A stretch of DNA of 64,000 nucleotides from Octopus vulgaris (Eukaryota): NCBI GenBank assembly GCA_951406725.2, contig OX597827.1:35092001-35156000 (forward strand). The letters are read 5' to 3'. Below are positions 42,810-54,469 of this stretch, piece after piece. The notes below the pieces were generated by a model that had not been told where the DNA came from, made no database searches, and saw only the letters and a program-made list of their open reading frames with translations. Within the stretch, counting starts at the first letter, position 1. Every line of letters begins with the position of its first letter. The position numbers were made by a program, and so were the translations under genes.

Positions 42810-43107
42810 CGTGACCGACCAGGCTATTAGATGTTGCTACACATCGCTGGTCACAATGCGCTTCGCATTGTTTTAGCCTTCAAATGACGCCACCCCGCTG
42901 GCTAAGCGAGCAGGCCAACAGAAGAAAGAGTGAGAGAAAGTTGTGGCGAAAGAATACAGCAGGGATCGCCACCACCCCTTGCCGGAGCCTCGTGGAGTTT
43001 TAGGTGTTTTCGCTCAATAAACACTCACTACGCCCGGTCTGGGAATCGAAACCGCGATCCTAAGACCGCGAGTCCGCTGCCCTAACCACTGGGCCATTGC
43101 GCCTCCA
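42810..43107 (-). mobile_element. tRNA-derived SINE
   Basis: Minus-strand head ggaggcgcaatggcccagtggttagggcagcggac...ttcgattccc. Confidence 0.82.
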
Positions 43108-43122
43108 TATATATATATATAT

Positions 43123-44295
43123 ACTAGCAGCTAAACCCGGTTTCACCCGGTCTGTTTGGATGTGGCTGTGATCGTTTTCGGTTAAGCATAATCTATAACA
43201 ACGTTTCTCAACCTTATCATTTCGGATCCCCTGTTTCGACTGGAGCCTCCAGCTGTATGAAAATTTCCTGACCCACTCCCTTGTCACAAAACAGCTTCAG
43301 GCATTGTGAAGAACAAATTTGTACGTAGTCTGTTTCTGAGAGCTATTCTATTGGACCTCTGTCTAATCATTAAAACATTGGGCGATCTTTCGATATGGGA
43401 ACACACGACTGTCACTTATAAACCATGTGTGTTTATTTACATTTTTGAAGATGATCATCGGTTTCTGTAAGAAGCTTTTATTTTTTTAATATGGGGTTGG
43501 GTGGAAAGGGGATCTTTTGAAGTCGGCGTGAAAGCGAAAGAGACAGAGCGCAATTGTATGTGTGAACTTGGCGTAAAGCGGAAGAATTGATATGCGTGTG
43601 TGTGTGTGTTTGATGGGGTGTGCGAGACAGAGTGTGTGATGTGTATGTGAATTGCTTATGTTAGTGTGTGTGAAGAGACAGAGTAATGTTGCTGGTGTGT
43701 GTGAATGTTAGAGAGAGTGAGATAACTGAAATTTCTTATTCACTTTTTGTAGTGAGTGAATGTGTGTGTGAGTGAGAGAGAAAAAGCGAGAGAGAGAGAG
43801 TGAGAGAGAGAGGATATGTATGTATGAATGATTTCAGTGACACACACACACGCATGCAGGTTGTTATGTATGTAGGGAGAGTTTACGTCCAGATTTGTAT
43901 GTTGTGCTTTATGTATGTAATATGCTCACCTCTCTCTATATAAACGGCAGTTTGTCTGTCTGCGTGTCTGTGTGTCTGTTAGGTTGTACCCTCACCCTGA
44001 CCACGGCTTTCAACCGATTCTGATGAAACTTGACACACACATAGCCCAATGTCATAATTCAAAACTAACGCAGCGAAAATTTTGAAAAGTTCCCCCGGTT
44101 CTGAAAAAATCGATAAATTCGACATGGGGTCGAGAATCAGAAACACAAACCACAGACTGTCTAGGGGACGCAACTCGATCTTTTTAACTCTCAACTCCAT
44201 CAATATCCAGCTACTTGAAGCTATTCCTGGTAATGTTCACGTCTACAAATCTATTGATAGGACAGCAGACCCCGCCGAGCTTGCCTCAATGAAGA
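43123..44295. mobile_element. Helitron-like fragments (back to back)
   Basis: CTAG terminus with adjacent GC hairpin at 43123-43152; TC...tatataa 5' end near 43930; SINIQLLEAIPGNVHVYKSID Pif1-like fragment. Confidence 0.6.
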
Positions 44296-44342
44296 AATAT
44301 ATTTTAATTTAGAGATAGTATATAGGGTATACTATCTCTAAA

Positions 44343-44453
<111 letters not shown>

Positions 44454-45091
44454 ACGTTAATATCAAGCAGTGAGAATGTGTGCTCAACACCGCATTAGCG
44501 GATTCTTTATTCAATATTCAATATTCTTTATTTGTGGATTAACCTGGTTTCATATTCAAAGAGGGCGGCGAGTTTGCAGAATCGTTAGCACGTCAGACAA
44601 AATGCTCAGCAACATTTCATCACTCTTGACTCCAAATTCCACCAAGGTCGACTTTGCCTTTCAGCCTTTCCGGGTCGTTAAAACAATATCAGTCTAGTAC
44701 CTGAATTGACGTAATCGACTTATCCCCTTCCTCGAAATTGCAGGCCTTGTAATTTGAAACAAATATATATATTCCCATCAAAACAAACAATATAATTATG
44801 CATCTAAAACCTCATTACCCGTGTACATTACAACAATACGCTAATAATATATAATAACTATCTCATTATTATACACCTCCCAAGTATATCAGTAATACAC
44901 AATACTCATACCCTGGTACCCTAATAATATATATATGAAATACTCAAGTAAAATAATTGAAATCTTCATACATTTGTTGGTTTTCATATCTATAGTTTAT
45001 ATTTTTGTTTTATATTTTGTTTTCAGTATATTTTGTTTTATATATTTTTAAAATATTTTCTTTTATATTATGTTTCATTTTCTTTCTGTAG

Positions 45092-45182
45092 ATTGCTATT
45101 CTGTGGAGCAAGGAGGTAACATTGATCCCCTACTACACTGAGTTATTACGAAGCAGTAATTATTGCGAATGGCTTGTAACAA
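45092..45182 (+). CDS. Host gene exon, module 5 part B (phase 0->1): IAILWSKEVTLIPYYTELLRSSNYCEWLVT
   Basis: Long polypyrimidine tract + tgtag acceptor, CAA|gtaagt donor. Resembles exon 14003-14087 (ILLSKE...ELLTS vs ILWSKE...ELLRS). Confidence 0.75.
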
Positions 45183-45399
45183 GTAAGTAATTTATTTCTT
45201 CTTCATATCGTTGAATGTTGTTATAGAGCGAAGCATCGAATTCGCAATCTCTATATCTCCATAAAGCAGTGAGCTGGCAGAGTCGTTACTATGTCGGACA
45301 AAATGTTTAGCGGCATATCTTCCAGATCTTTATGTTATGAGTTCAAATATTACTGAGGTCAACATTGCCTTTCATTCTATAGAGATCGATAAAACAGTC

Positions 45400-45845
45400 G
45401 AGTATATTATGTTTTTTTAATTTTTCATTTTGTTTTATGTTTGGCAAATGTGTTGTGATGATGTTAAAAATGTTTTGGTGACGCAGATTGTGTGTTACTA
45501 GAAATGGTATTGTGTTCCGTTGATGGGATTCATCTTTCTCGTATTGCCCTCAGTTATTCTATAGGTGTCTCTTTTGCTCGTTGTACGCTATTTTCTATAA
45601 GTGGGAGTAGAAATCCTTTAAGTTCTATAAGTCGTATGTACCTGATATTTGGATCATCTACTATAGTATAAATTTTCCTGGGTAAGCAATACGGGATATT
45701 GCGTTTTGCGTGTGTTGGGTCGCATGATTTGAAATTTAGGTACTGGTGTGTATCTGTGCTTTTGTTATAAATATCAGTTGTGATTGTGGTATTATTTTTA
45801 ATTACCATTTTGTCAAGAAATGGTAATTGTGTGTTGCTCATTCCT
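45400..45845 (-). mobile_element. PLE RT/thumb fragment
   Basis: LPFLDKMV...TDIYNKSTDTHQYLNFKSCDPTHAKRNIPY. Confidence 0.85.
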
Positions 45846-46244
45846 TTAAATTTACCACCCACCTATCTACCTACCCACCTACCTACCCACCTACCTACCT
45901 AGCTACCCACCTATCTACTTAGCTATCTACCTACCTACCTAGCTACATACCTACCTACCTACCAGGCATTCACAAAGTAATAGAGAGGGACAGACTATCT
46001 GAAGACTATGGAAATATTTACCTATTTAAAGACTATGAAAATATCTACAAAACATTTCACTTAATTTTTTTCCAATTTGTTTTTCTTATTTTACTCTTAG
46101 TTGAAAAAGTCTAAAAGACAGAAACCGATACTAAAACGTACTTCATGATATAGTTATTTTAGCATTTTCTACCTAGTCTTATTTTCCTTACACATACCAA
46201 CTCGTGTGTTACTTTTCTACCTTCTACACACACACACACACACA

Positions 46245-46470
46245 CTTTTTTTATGAAAGCTGCAAAAATATAAAAAAAACTGTTATTCACAGTTTCACGT
46301 TCCCGTCGGGCAGTTATGAAGGCTGAGTGGATTCCATTCTGTATGTGATGCTTTTCTATATGCAGTTTTGTGATGTTTTTGAAGCTCTAATGAAAAAGAA
46401 TATTACTCTACCTTCGGTATTCGAGTACTATTTTTTTCACCTTGTTTTACATTTTTATGCTTACTCGAGT
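46245..46470. mobile_element. Decayed PLE terminus remnant related to the 24347-27286 ends
   Basis: 46392-46468 resembles the reverse complement of 24347-24430; 46250-46310 resembles 24420-24490 with an eroded hammerhead. Confidence 0.6.
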
Positions 46471-46504
46471 GTGTGTATGCATGTGTGTGTATGTGTGTGT
46501 ATAG

Positions 46505-46845
46505 GGTAAAGATCTCCTTCGGTCATGAATGACGACGGGATTGCACCTAGAAAGTTCCCCTCTGAGGCACAAGTCCGGGTAAGGTTGTTTGCGGAAGGCC
46601 TGCAGTATCCCATGCATACTAGCCTCTCCTCTCCATGCCACCGATGTTATCCAAGAGAAAAGCAAAGGCCGTTATAGCTTCGCACCAGTGACGTCGTAAC
46701 CTATTTCTACAGCTGAATGAACCGGAGCAATCGTGAAATAAAGTGTCTTGCTCAAGAACACAACACACACCCCGGTCCGCGAATCGAACTCACTACCTCA
46801 TGATTGTCAGCCTGACGCTCTAATCACTGAGCCATACGCCTTCAC
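46505..46845 (-). mobile_element. tRNA-derived SINE
   Basis: Minus-strand head gaaggcgtatggctcagtgattagagcg...gttcgattc. Confidence 0.75.
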
Positions 46846-46907
46846 ACACACGTGCACACACTCACATAAACACATACACATACGCGCGCGCACGCACACA
46901 CACATAT

Positions 46908-47122
46908 GAGAGAGTACTGAAAGGTTCTTGTCTGTAAGGCTATCACGAAAGGCCTGGCAAGAGGCTCAGCCTTCCAAGTCCTTGTACTGGGCTTAGAAAA
47001 ACTGAAGCACCGCTGCAATAAGTGTGAATCTGAGAAGGGAATATGTTGAATAAAATCATAATTAACTGATCTTCATGTATTTTCTATTACCCACAGCTAC
47101 GAACTTTTCAGCACCCTCTGTA
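46908..47122. mobile_element. Short mariner-derived MITE
   Basis: gagagtactgaaaggttc ... gaacttttcagcaccctc. Confidence 0.6.
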
Positions 47123-47428
47123 TACTCGTGTGTGTGTGTGTGTGTTGGGTGTATTTAAATATGTATGTATATATATATATAAAACTATCTATCTATCTGT
47201 ACGCATCCATACACACACATAAATATATACATATATATGTGTGTGTAAAATATATACACTTTCATCCAGCCAGCCGGCGGAAGAGTGACTTAGTAGTAAC
47301 ACTATGTTTTCACTCACCGTTTTAGGTACCTATATAGTTGCAGAAGATAACTTTCATCCTCCCCACCCTATACCCTTGACCCAACTGAAGATTCAGAATG
47401 TCACAGCTGGAAAGTAAGAGCTGGTGCC

Positions 47429-48750
47429 TATCAGATCACCCCATAAGTTCTGTTCGATTTTATCTTTTTGTTTTAAATTGAATGATATTTATAGTATTTT
47501 AGAAGTCTAATAGAATTAAAAATTATTTTTATACATTTGTTTACATTTAAAATAATTAAATATTATTTTGCAGGATAATAAGAATTAAAATTTCTTTGAT
47601 TAAAACCATTTCTAACATGGAAATATCCAAAGAGCATTTGAGGTACATAATGCTTTATAAGTACAAAAAAGGAAACTCTGCAAACGAAGCAACTCGAAAC
47701 ATACACTCAGTATATAGGGAAGAATGTATGAATGAAAGAACTTACAGAAGATGGTTTGCAAAATTCAGAAGTGGAGATTTTAGCCTTGAAGATGAAGATC
47801 GAACAGGGCGTCCAGCTGATTTTGATGATAAGCTCCTTGAGCCATTACTTGAAGAAAATCAGTTGATGATAAGCTCCTTGAGCCATTACTTGAAGAAAAT
47901 CAATTGAAAAATTGGCATTAAAGCTTAGTTCAAACCTTAGTTCATCGTCATCTTCAACAACTTGGAAAAGTTCCTAAACCTGGAAAATGGGTGCCTCATG
48001 AATTGTCCGAAATCAACCGCAAATCCCGAGTTGACATCTGCTCTTCTCTCCATTCTCGCAAACTCATTTCTCTCTTTTTGGATAGACTTGTGACTGGTGA
48101 CGAAAAATGGATCTTCTATCGAAATGTTAAACGTCGTAAATAGTGGCTTGGTAAAAAGGAAAAAAAGCTCAACCACAACCGAGAAGGAAACTTCATGGGG
48201 AAAAGGTTCTTCTCTCTATCTGGTGGGATTGCAAAGGAGTAATTCACTTTGAATTGTTACCACCTAATGCAACAATCAATGCGCAAGTCTACTGTCAGCA
48301 ATTAGAACGTTTGAACCAAGCTTTGAAGAAAAAAAGACCCGCTTTAGTGAATCGAAAAGGAGTGATGTTTCATTAGGGCAATGCACGACCCCACACTGCA
48401 AAGATCACATCACAGAAGATCGAAGAGTTTGGTTGGGGAAAAATTCCTCATCCACCTTATTCTCCCGACCTTGCTCTTTCAGACTACCATTTGTTTCGTA
48501 GTTTACAGAATCATTTGGGGGACATAACTTTCGCAAGCCAGGAAGAGGTCGAAACTGACATTTCAGAGTTCTTCGCTTTGAAACCAAAAGAGTTTTACAT
48601 TGATGGGATTAAAAAGCTTGTAAATAGATGGAAGGAAGTCATAGATAACCAGGGAACGTACATTGATGATTAAATTTCAATTAAATATAACATTTGATCA
48701 CTTGTTTGTTTTATTCAAAATTCGGACAGAACTTATGGGCTGGCCTGATA
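47429..48750 (+). mobile_element. Full-length but inactivated mariner transposon with TIRs and TA ends
   Basis: TIRs tcagatcaccccataagttctg / cagaacttatgggctggcctga; WVPHEL, TGDEKW, YSPDLALSDY; stops and an internal ~40-bp duplication. Confidence 0.93.
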
Positions 48751-49142
48751 TTTCAGGAGCGACATGAAACAAAGTACTTTGCTCAAGGAGACAACACACC
48801 GCCCGATCTAGGAAATGAAACTTATCATCATGAATCGAATACCCTGACCACTTGACCACGTGGCTTCACACACATATTTGCACTCACAAATACATACATG
48901 CATAGATAGATAGATAGATAGAAACATACATACATACATACATACATACATACATGCATACATAAATACATAAATACAAACATACATGCATGTATACATA
49001 CATAAATACATACATACATACATGCACACATACATACATACATAAATACATACATACATACGTACATACATACATACGTACATACATACATACATGCATA
49101 CATACATACATACATGACCTTATTTGTATATATATATATATT

Positions 49143-49198
<56 letters not shown>

Positions 49199-49249
49199 AA
49201 ATAGTAGAGTGAAAAAACGACAGAAGGCTTGAATGTTAAAAAATATATA

Positions 49250-50449
49250 TATTTGCGTCAATATGTCTGAAGAATATTAGAAAATTTAAAAAAAAAATTT
49301 TTTCCTTCTTATAATGACATAAATTAAAAGAAATACCGGTTTCGCGTGTAGCTTTTCAAATTTCTTGTGACGTTATGTTTATATTGCATGGAGTTATCGT
49401 TGTGTTTATTTTCAGGAGATTTCTAAATAAAGGGAGGTAGTGAGTGATTTCTTCCGGTGTAAGGGAGATAATCGCTTAAAATTTTTTCCTTTCCCTTGTG
49501 AATTTCTCTGTGTCAGTATGTTCGGATGGTTGAGTCTGGGTTTGTACTTTTCAATGAAGAATGTTTCCTTGTTCAGTCTCATTTGTGTTGATGATCCGAA
49601 AGCACATTGGTAAATGGGAAGATTAAAAATTGTGGCAGTAGTTGCTTTGCGCATTTCTCAATGTGCTCACTAAAAGATATCATTCTATATTCTGGGAATG
49701 CAATCTGTTGTCGATGCAGTGTGCATCTACGCCTGAGTGATAGTCCCGTGGAACCCACGTAGTCTTGGTGGCAGCCCGAGCATTTTATGACATAAATTAT
49801 GTTTTCAGAGGCACAAGTAAAGTTAGATTTGATCTTGAATTTTTGTCCCTCTTTAAAGAGGAATTCTGATCCTTCTAGCAGGTTAGGGCATGTTGCACAG
49901 TTCGATCTACCACATTTTTTTACTTTTGCATCCGTAATTTCAGAAGACAATTTTGCCTTTGTGAGAATCTTTTTAAGTGATTTAGGCTGTTTGTAGCTTT
50001 TAATGATTTGGTGTATGTTTAGAATTTCCTTTAATTTGGGGTTTTTATGAAGTACCGGTAAATTCTGGGTGATGATGGTGAAGGCTTATTTGTTTCTGGG
50101 GTTGTATGTAGATATGTAAGGTAGTATTTTCGGGGAAGGTGTGTTGTTGTGTTGAACTTTTCTTAAAGTTTCTATGTTGATTTCTGTTGCACGTCTGATC
50201 CCTTCCTCTATGAGTTGAGCTGGGTAATGTCTGTCAATTAGGGTGTTTTTGAGTTCTTGCAGTCTAAAGTTCCTGGTATTTTGTTCTGACACTATTGTGC
50301 ATATCCTTCTTGCAAGGTTGAAGGGGATGTTTGTTTTAGTGTGTCTTGGGTGGCATGAATTAAAAGAAGGTATTGTTTGGCGTCTGTGGCTTTGTAAAAA
50401 ATGTCTGTTTCTATTTTTAGGTTAATTTTTTTAATTAGTAGATCCAAGA

Positions 50450-50453
<4 letters not shown>
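49250..50453 (-). mobile_element. Penelope-like element 3' part (RT C-terminus, CxxxxCxxC, GIY-YIG), frameshifted
   Basis: PFLDLLI...TDIFYKATD, CGRSNCATC, FTCASENIIYVIKCSGCHQDYVGST...RCTLHRQQI; truncated at (TA)n. Confidence 0.9.
49328..49366 (-). ncRNA. Hammerhead-like motif (U3:A8) at the 3' end of a PLE
   Basis: aagaaat-TTGAAAA-gc(tacac)gc-GAAA-ccgg-TA-tttctt; stem I register is off by one nt. Confidence 0.55.
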
Positions 50454-50512
<59 letters not shown>

Positions 50513-50565
50513 AAAAATAAAAACGGAAAATACGCACACTTACATGGTTATAGTATAATTTTTAA

Positions 50566-50602
50566 TGTATCGACCGGTTTCGCAATCGCTATTCATGATA
50601 CA
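50566..50602 (-). ncRNA. Minimal type I hammerhead, A3:U8 variant
   Basis: tgtatc-ATGAATA-gc(gatt)gc-GAAA-ccgg-TC-gataca; perfect 6-bp stem I and palindromic stem III. Confidence 0.7.
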
Positions 50603-50932
50603 ATGTTTAATTTATATGAAAATATATTTTTTCTTAAGAAGAAAATGGGTTCATGTTGTTTATAATGGGATTCACGAGTGAATGATTTTACAAGTTGACA
50701 AGTAAAGGGAGGTAATTGGTTGTTATTATTGTTATTGTTGTCTGTAAGGGAGATAACTGTTTAGGTTTTGGGTGGGGAAAAATATGTGTACAGAAGGGAG
50801 ACAGGTTTAAAAGAAAAAAGGGGGCCTTGTTTAGTGGGGGATTTATGTACAGTGATGTAATATGTAAAAATATAAAAATTGGTTATGCGTGCTTATTCAG
50901 ACGCGTTTTGTATTTTTCAATGAAAAAAGTTT

Positions 50933-50970
<38 letters not shown>

Positions 50971-51142
50971 CATAAGAGGGATCAGCCATCTGAATGTGGC
51001 TAGGGTCAGGGCGGGGTGGTGGGGGTGTTACTGATGCATTTAGCCCCAGGCGAACATCGACGTCACCAGAAGAGCTGACACCATCTCGGTGTCCTTGCCA
51101 GCCAGCAAAGGGAGATCAGCCTCCCCGAAGATACGGATACTA

Positions 51143-51185
51143 CACACGGACCGGTTTCGAGGTTATTGCCTCTTGTCAACGTATG
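51143..51185 (-). ncRNA. Hammerhead ribozyme (U3:A8), tandem unit 1
   Basis: Exact reverse complement of 52329-52371. Confidence 0.85.
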
Positions 51186-51501
51186 GTAAGCACCGCTCTT
51201 CGTTAAGGGACTTCCTCTACCGGCTGGATATATATAGATTTTCACAGTAACCACAGTCACTGGCGTAGAAAATCTGTTCGAAAACAATAATAAATCTCTG
51301 GGCGAGATATAAACAGTAACTGCTCTATAACATAAGAGGGATCAGCCATCTGAATGTGGCTAGGGTCAGGGCGGGGTGGTGGGGTGTTACTGATGCATTT
51401 AGCTCCAGGCGAACATCGACGTCACCAGAAGAGCTGACACCATCTTGGTGTCCTTGCCAGCCAGCAAAGGGAGATCAGCCTCCCCGAAGATACGGATACT
51501 A

Positions 51502-51544
51502 CACACGGACCGGTTTCGAGGTTATTGCCTCTTGTCAACGTATG
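51502..51544 (-). ncRNA. Hammerhead ribozyme (U3:A8), tandem unit 2
   Basis: Exact reverse complement of 52329-52371. Confidence 0.85.
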
Positions 51545-51861
51545 GTAAGCACCGCTCTTCGTTAAGGGACTTCCTCTACCGGCTGGATATATATAGATTT
51601 TCACAGTAACCACAGTCACTGGCGTAGAAAATCTGTTCGAAAACAATAATAAATCTCTGGGCGAGATATAAACAGTAACTGCTCTATAACATAAGAGGGA
51701 TCAGCCATCTGAATGTGGCTAGGGTCAGGGCGGGGTGGTGGGGGTGTTACTGATGCATTTAGCCCCAGGCGAACATCGACGTCACCAGAAGAGCTGACAC
51801 CATCTCGGTGTCCTTGCCAGCCAGCAAAGGGAGATCAGCCTCCCCGAAGATACGGATACTA

Positions 51862-51904
51862 CACATGGACCGGTTTCGAGGTTATTGCCTCTTGTCAACG
51901 TATG
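51862..51904 (-). ncRNA. Hammerhead ribozyme (U3:A8), tandem unit 3, one stem I mismatch
   Basis: Same motif with cacacg->cacatg on the + strand. Confidence 0.75.
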
Positions 51905-52328
51905 GTAAGCACCGCTCTTCGTTGAGGGACTTCCTCTACCGGCTGGATATATATAGATTTTCACAGTAACCACAGTCACTGGCGTAGAAAATCTGTTCGA
52001 AAACAATAATAAATCTCTGGGCGAGATATAAACAGTAACTGCTCTATAACATAAAAGGGATCAGCCATCTGAATGTGGCTAGGGTCAGGGACGTCGATGT
52101 TCGCCTGGGGCTAAATGCATCAGTAACACCCCCACCACCCCGCCCTGACCCTAGCCACATTCAGATGGCTGATCCCTCTTATGTTATAGAGCAGTTACTG
52201 TTTATATCTCGCCCAGAGATTTATTATTGTTTTCGAACAGATTTTCTACGCCAGTGACTGTGGTTACTGTGAAAATCTATATATATCCAGCCGGTAGAGG
52301 AAGTCCCTTAACGAAGAGCGGTGCTTAC

Positions 52329-52371
52329 CATACGTTGACAAGAGGCAATAACCTCGAAACCGGTCCGTGTG
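52329..52371 (+). ncRNA. Minimal type I hammerhead ribozyme, U3:A8 variant
   Basis: catacg-TTGACAA-gagg(caataa)cctc-GAAA-ccgg-TC-cgtgtg. Stem I is 6 bp with one G-U pair, stem II is 4 bp, stem III is the palindrome ACCGGT, cleavage triplet GUC. Confidence 0.85.
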
Positions 52372-52615
52372 TAGTATCCGTATCTTCGGGGAGGCTGATC
52401 TCCCTTTGCTGGCTGGCAAGGACACCGAGATGGTGTCAGCTCTTCTGGTGACGTCGATGTTCACCTGGGGCTAAATGCATCAGTAACACCCCCACCACCC
52501 CGCCCTGACCCTAGCCACATTCAGATGGCTGATCCCTCTTATGTTATAGAGCAGTTACTGTTTATATCTCGCCCAGAGATTTATTATTGTTGTATATATA
52601 TATATATATACATAT

Positions 52616-53013
52616 ACTAGCAGTATCGCCCGGCGTTGCTCGGGTTTGTAAGGGAAATAACTATATAAGCATTTTTAGAGATGTAAAGTATAATAGCCAT
52701 CTCAATATGGCTAACCGCAAAGGGGGGGTGTTACTGTAGCTTTTTACGTTCTGAGATTTAATAATACATTTTTAGAGAGTTACTTCCCTTATATATGCCA
52801 AAAATGCATTAAAAATGGGAAAAATTTATGGTAATTCTTTTTAAAAATCGTAGACTCATCGTAGACGCGCGCTAATACCCAGAAGGGCTCGATATGAATC
52901 ACGACTATAAGATACCCGGTTTTGGTTCAACTGCATCGCAAAATGTGGGAGTAGTTAGGAATCTAAATCGTAGGAGACAGACAGCACACAACCTCTCTTT
53001 TATATATAAAGAT
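52616..53013 (-). mobile_element. Non-autonomous Helitron-like element
   Basis: actagcagtatcgcccggcgttgctcggg (CTAG end + hairpin); other end tatatataaaga. Confidence 0.65.
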
Positions 53014-53156
53014 ATATATATATATACATATAATGAAATTGTTAAATCTTCCAACTTATAAACTTGTGACTCTAAAACGAGTAAACTTGTGATTCTAAAA
53101 GAAAGACTATGACAATAGTTATGAAAAGATTCGTTCTGTTCTTTTTTTTCTTTCAG

Positions 53157-53552
53157 AAAACCTAATTACAACATCTGTAACAACAACAAGCGAAATAACA
53201 ACAGAAGAAGATACACAACCGGAAACAACTTCTATCACAGCGAAAACAGAATATACTCAAAACGCGGGGATAACTAGTAACATTGAAAGAGAAACAACTG
53301 ACGCAGTGAAAGTCACCAAGCCAGATTTCCATATAAAAACAGATGCCTCCCATGGAACAGATGACCAAAATAACAGACAAGACAGCACTAACCCAGTAGT
53401 TACGGGGCCTTGGATTGTTTTCACTAATGACAGTGTTAAGTACACCAGTACTCAGAAAACTACTCAGAAAATTACTCGGAAAGGAATAACTCCTGAGTAT
53501 AACAGTACTAGATACAACAGAAGTAGGGTCGATAATACTGTGGCCATTGGAA
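53157..53552 (+). CDS. Host gene exon, Thr/Ser-rich mucin-like stalk (phase 1->1): NLITTSVTTTSEITTEEDTQPETTS...RSRVDNTVAIG
   Basis: Strong ttttttttctttcag acceptor, GAA|gtaagt donor, 396 nt open, includes ORF 53306..53623. Confidence 0.82.
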
Positions 53553-53744
53553 GTAAGTATAATTTTATTACTCAATGTTTATCATCGAAACACATCAATT
53601 ACAGGCCAGTCTTCACACGATGACCGTTGACTAGGAAATGATAGAACAAATAAGCAAACATATATACATGAATACATACATACATACATGCATACATACC
53701 TACATACATACATACATACATACATACATACATGACTAAAATAA

Positions 53745-53998
53745 TAAATAAATGCGCCCTTTTAAAACCTAGCCAGACTCATGGGGCCGGTTTCCCGGTT
53801 TCTATGGCGTGTGTGTTCCTAGCTGGACGGGACGCCAGCTCATCGCAGAGTTACTCATTTTTGCCAGCTGAGTGGACTGGAACAACGTGAAATGAAGTGT
53901 TTTGCTCAAGAACACAATGCGTCGCCCGGTCCAGGAATCGAAACCACAATCTTACGATCATGATGCTGATATCCTAACCACTAAGCCACACGCCTCCA
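53745..53998 (-). mobile_element. tRNA-derived SINE
   Basis: Reverse-complement homologue of 3945-4200. Confidence 0.8.
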
Positions 53999-54469
53999 CA
54001 CATACATGACTACAAACATGTATATGCACACGACACCAAACATCACATACGATCACACACACAATACAACTATAAACACTTACAAACATATGCACTCGCA
54101 CACTTAACACACGGCCATAACAAATACAGAAAGTTGTACGTTTACGGAAATATATACAACTCACGAAGTTTAACTGCGTATTACGATCTATGGCTGGAGC
54201 TGTTGCACCAACTGAATTTTTTATGCTTTCTTACTTTTCGTGCACTATATGCAATCACAATACATAAAGGAGGATTTTCTTTTTGAAGTTATTAACTGTT
54301 TTTTAAAAAAATAATGCGTTTGGGGAAGAAGTTTCCGTGCAGTCTGTATTGTGCGTAATTGGCTTCGTTTTCAACTGTTCAAAAAGTAAGTGTTCTCAGT
54401 CATTCCGTATAGAGGAATTAGTTTTTGGTAATGATATTGACTAGTTCTGGTTTAGTTTCTTAAATTTCT

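Larger units (their letters stand above)
50967..52592. mobile_element. Retrozyme-like non-autonomous retroelement: ~3.1 tandem 359-360 bp units plus ~1.4 inverted units, in (TA)n
   Basis: Units start at 50971, 51331, 51690 and 52050; inversion junction near 52090; near-identical units; a hammerhead in each complete unit; (TA)n on both flanks. Confidence 0.85.

Noticed and set aside
43030-43107. tRNA gene (also 3945, 20058, 46770, 55775)
   Set aside because: These tRNA-like heads continue into shared SINE bodies, so they are not standalone tRNAs.
51031-51065. Opposite-polarity hammerhead (ctgatgc...gcgaac)
   Set aside because: The core deviates (CUGAUGC, GAAC) and there are no convincing stems I and III.
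50994-52464. Repeated 66-74 aa ORFs in the tandem array
   Set aside because: Non-ATG starts, a frame shift between copies in the G-run and no domain resemblance. They recur only because the DNA is repeated.
50967-52592. CRISPR array or satellite DNA
   Set aside because: No unique spacers and a eukaryotic context; few copies, with a ribozyme and an inverted end.
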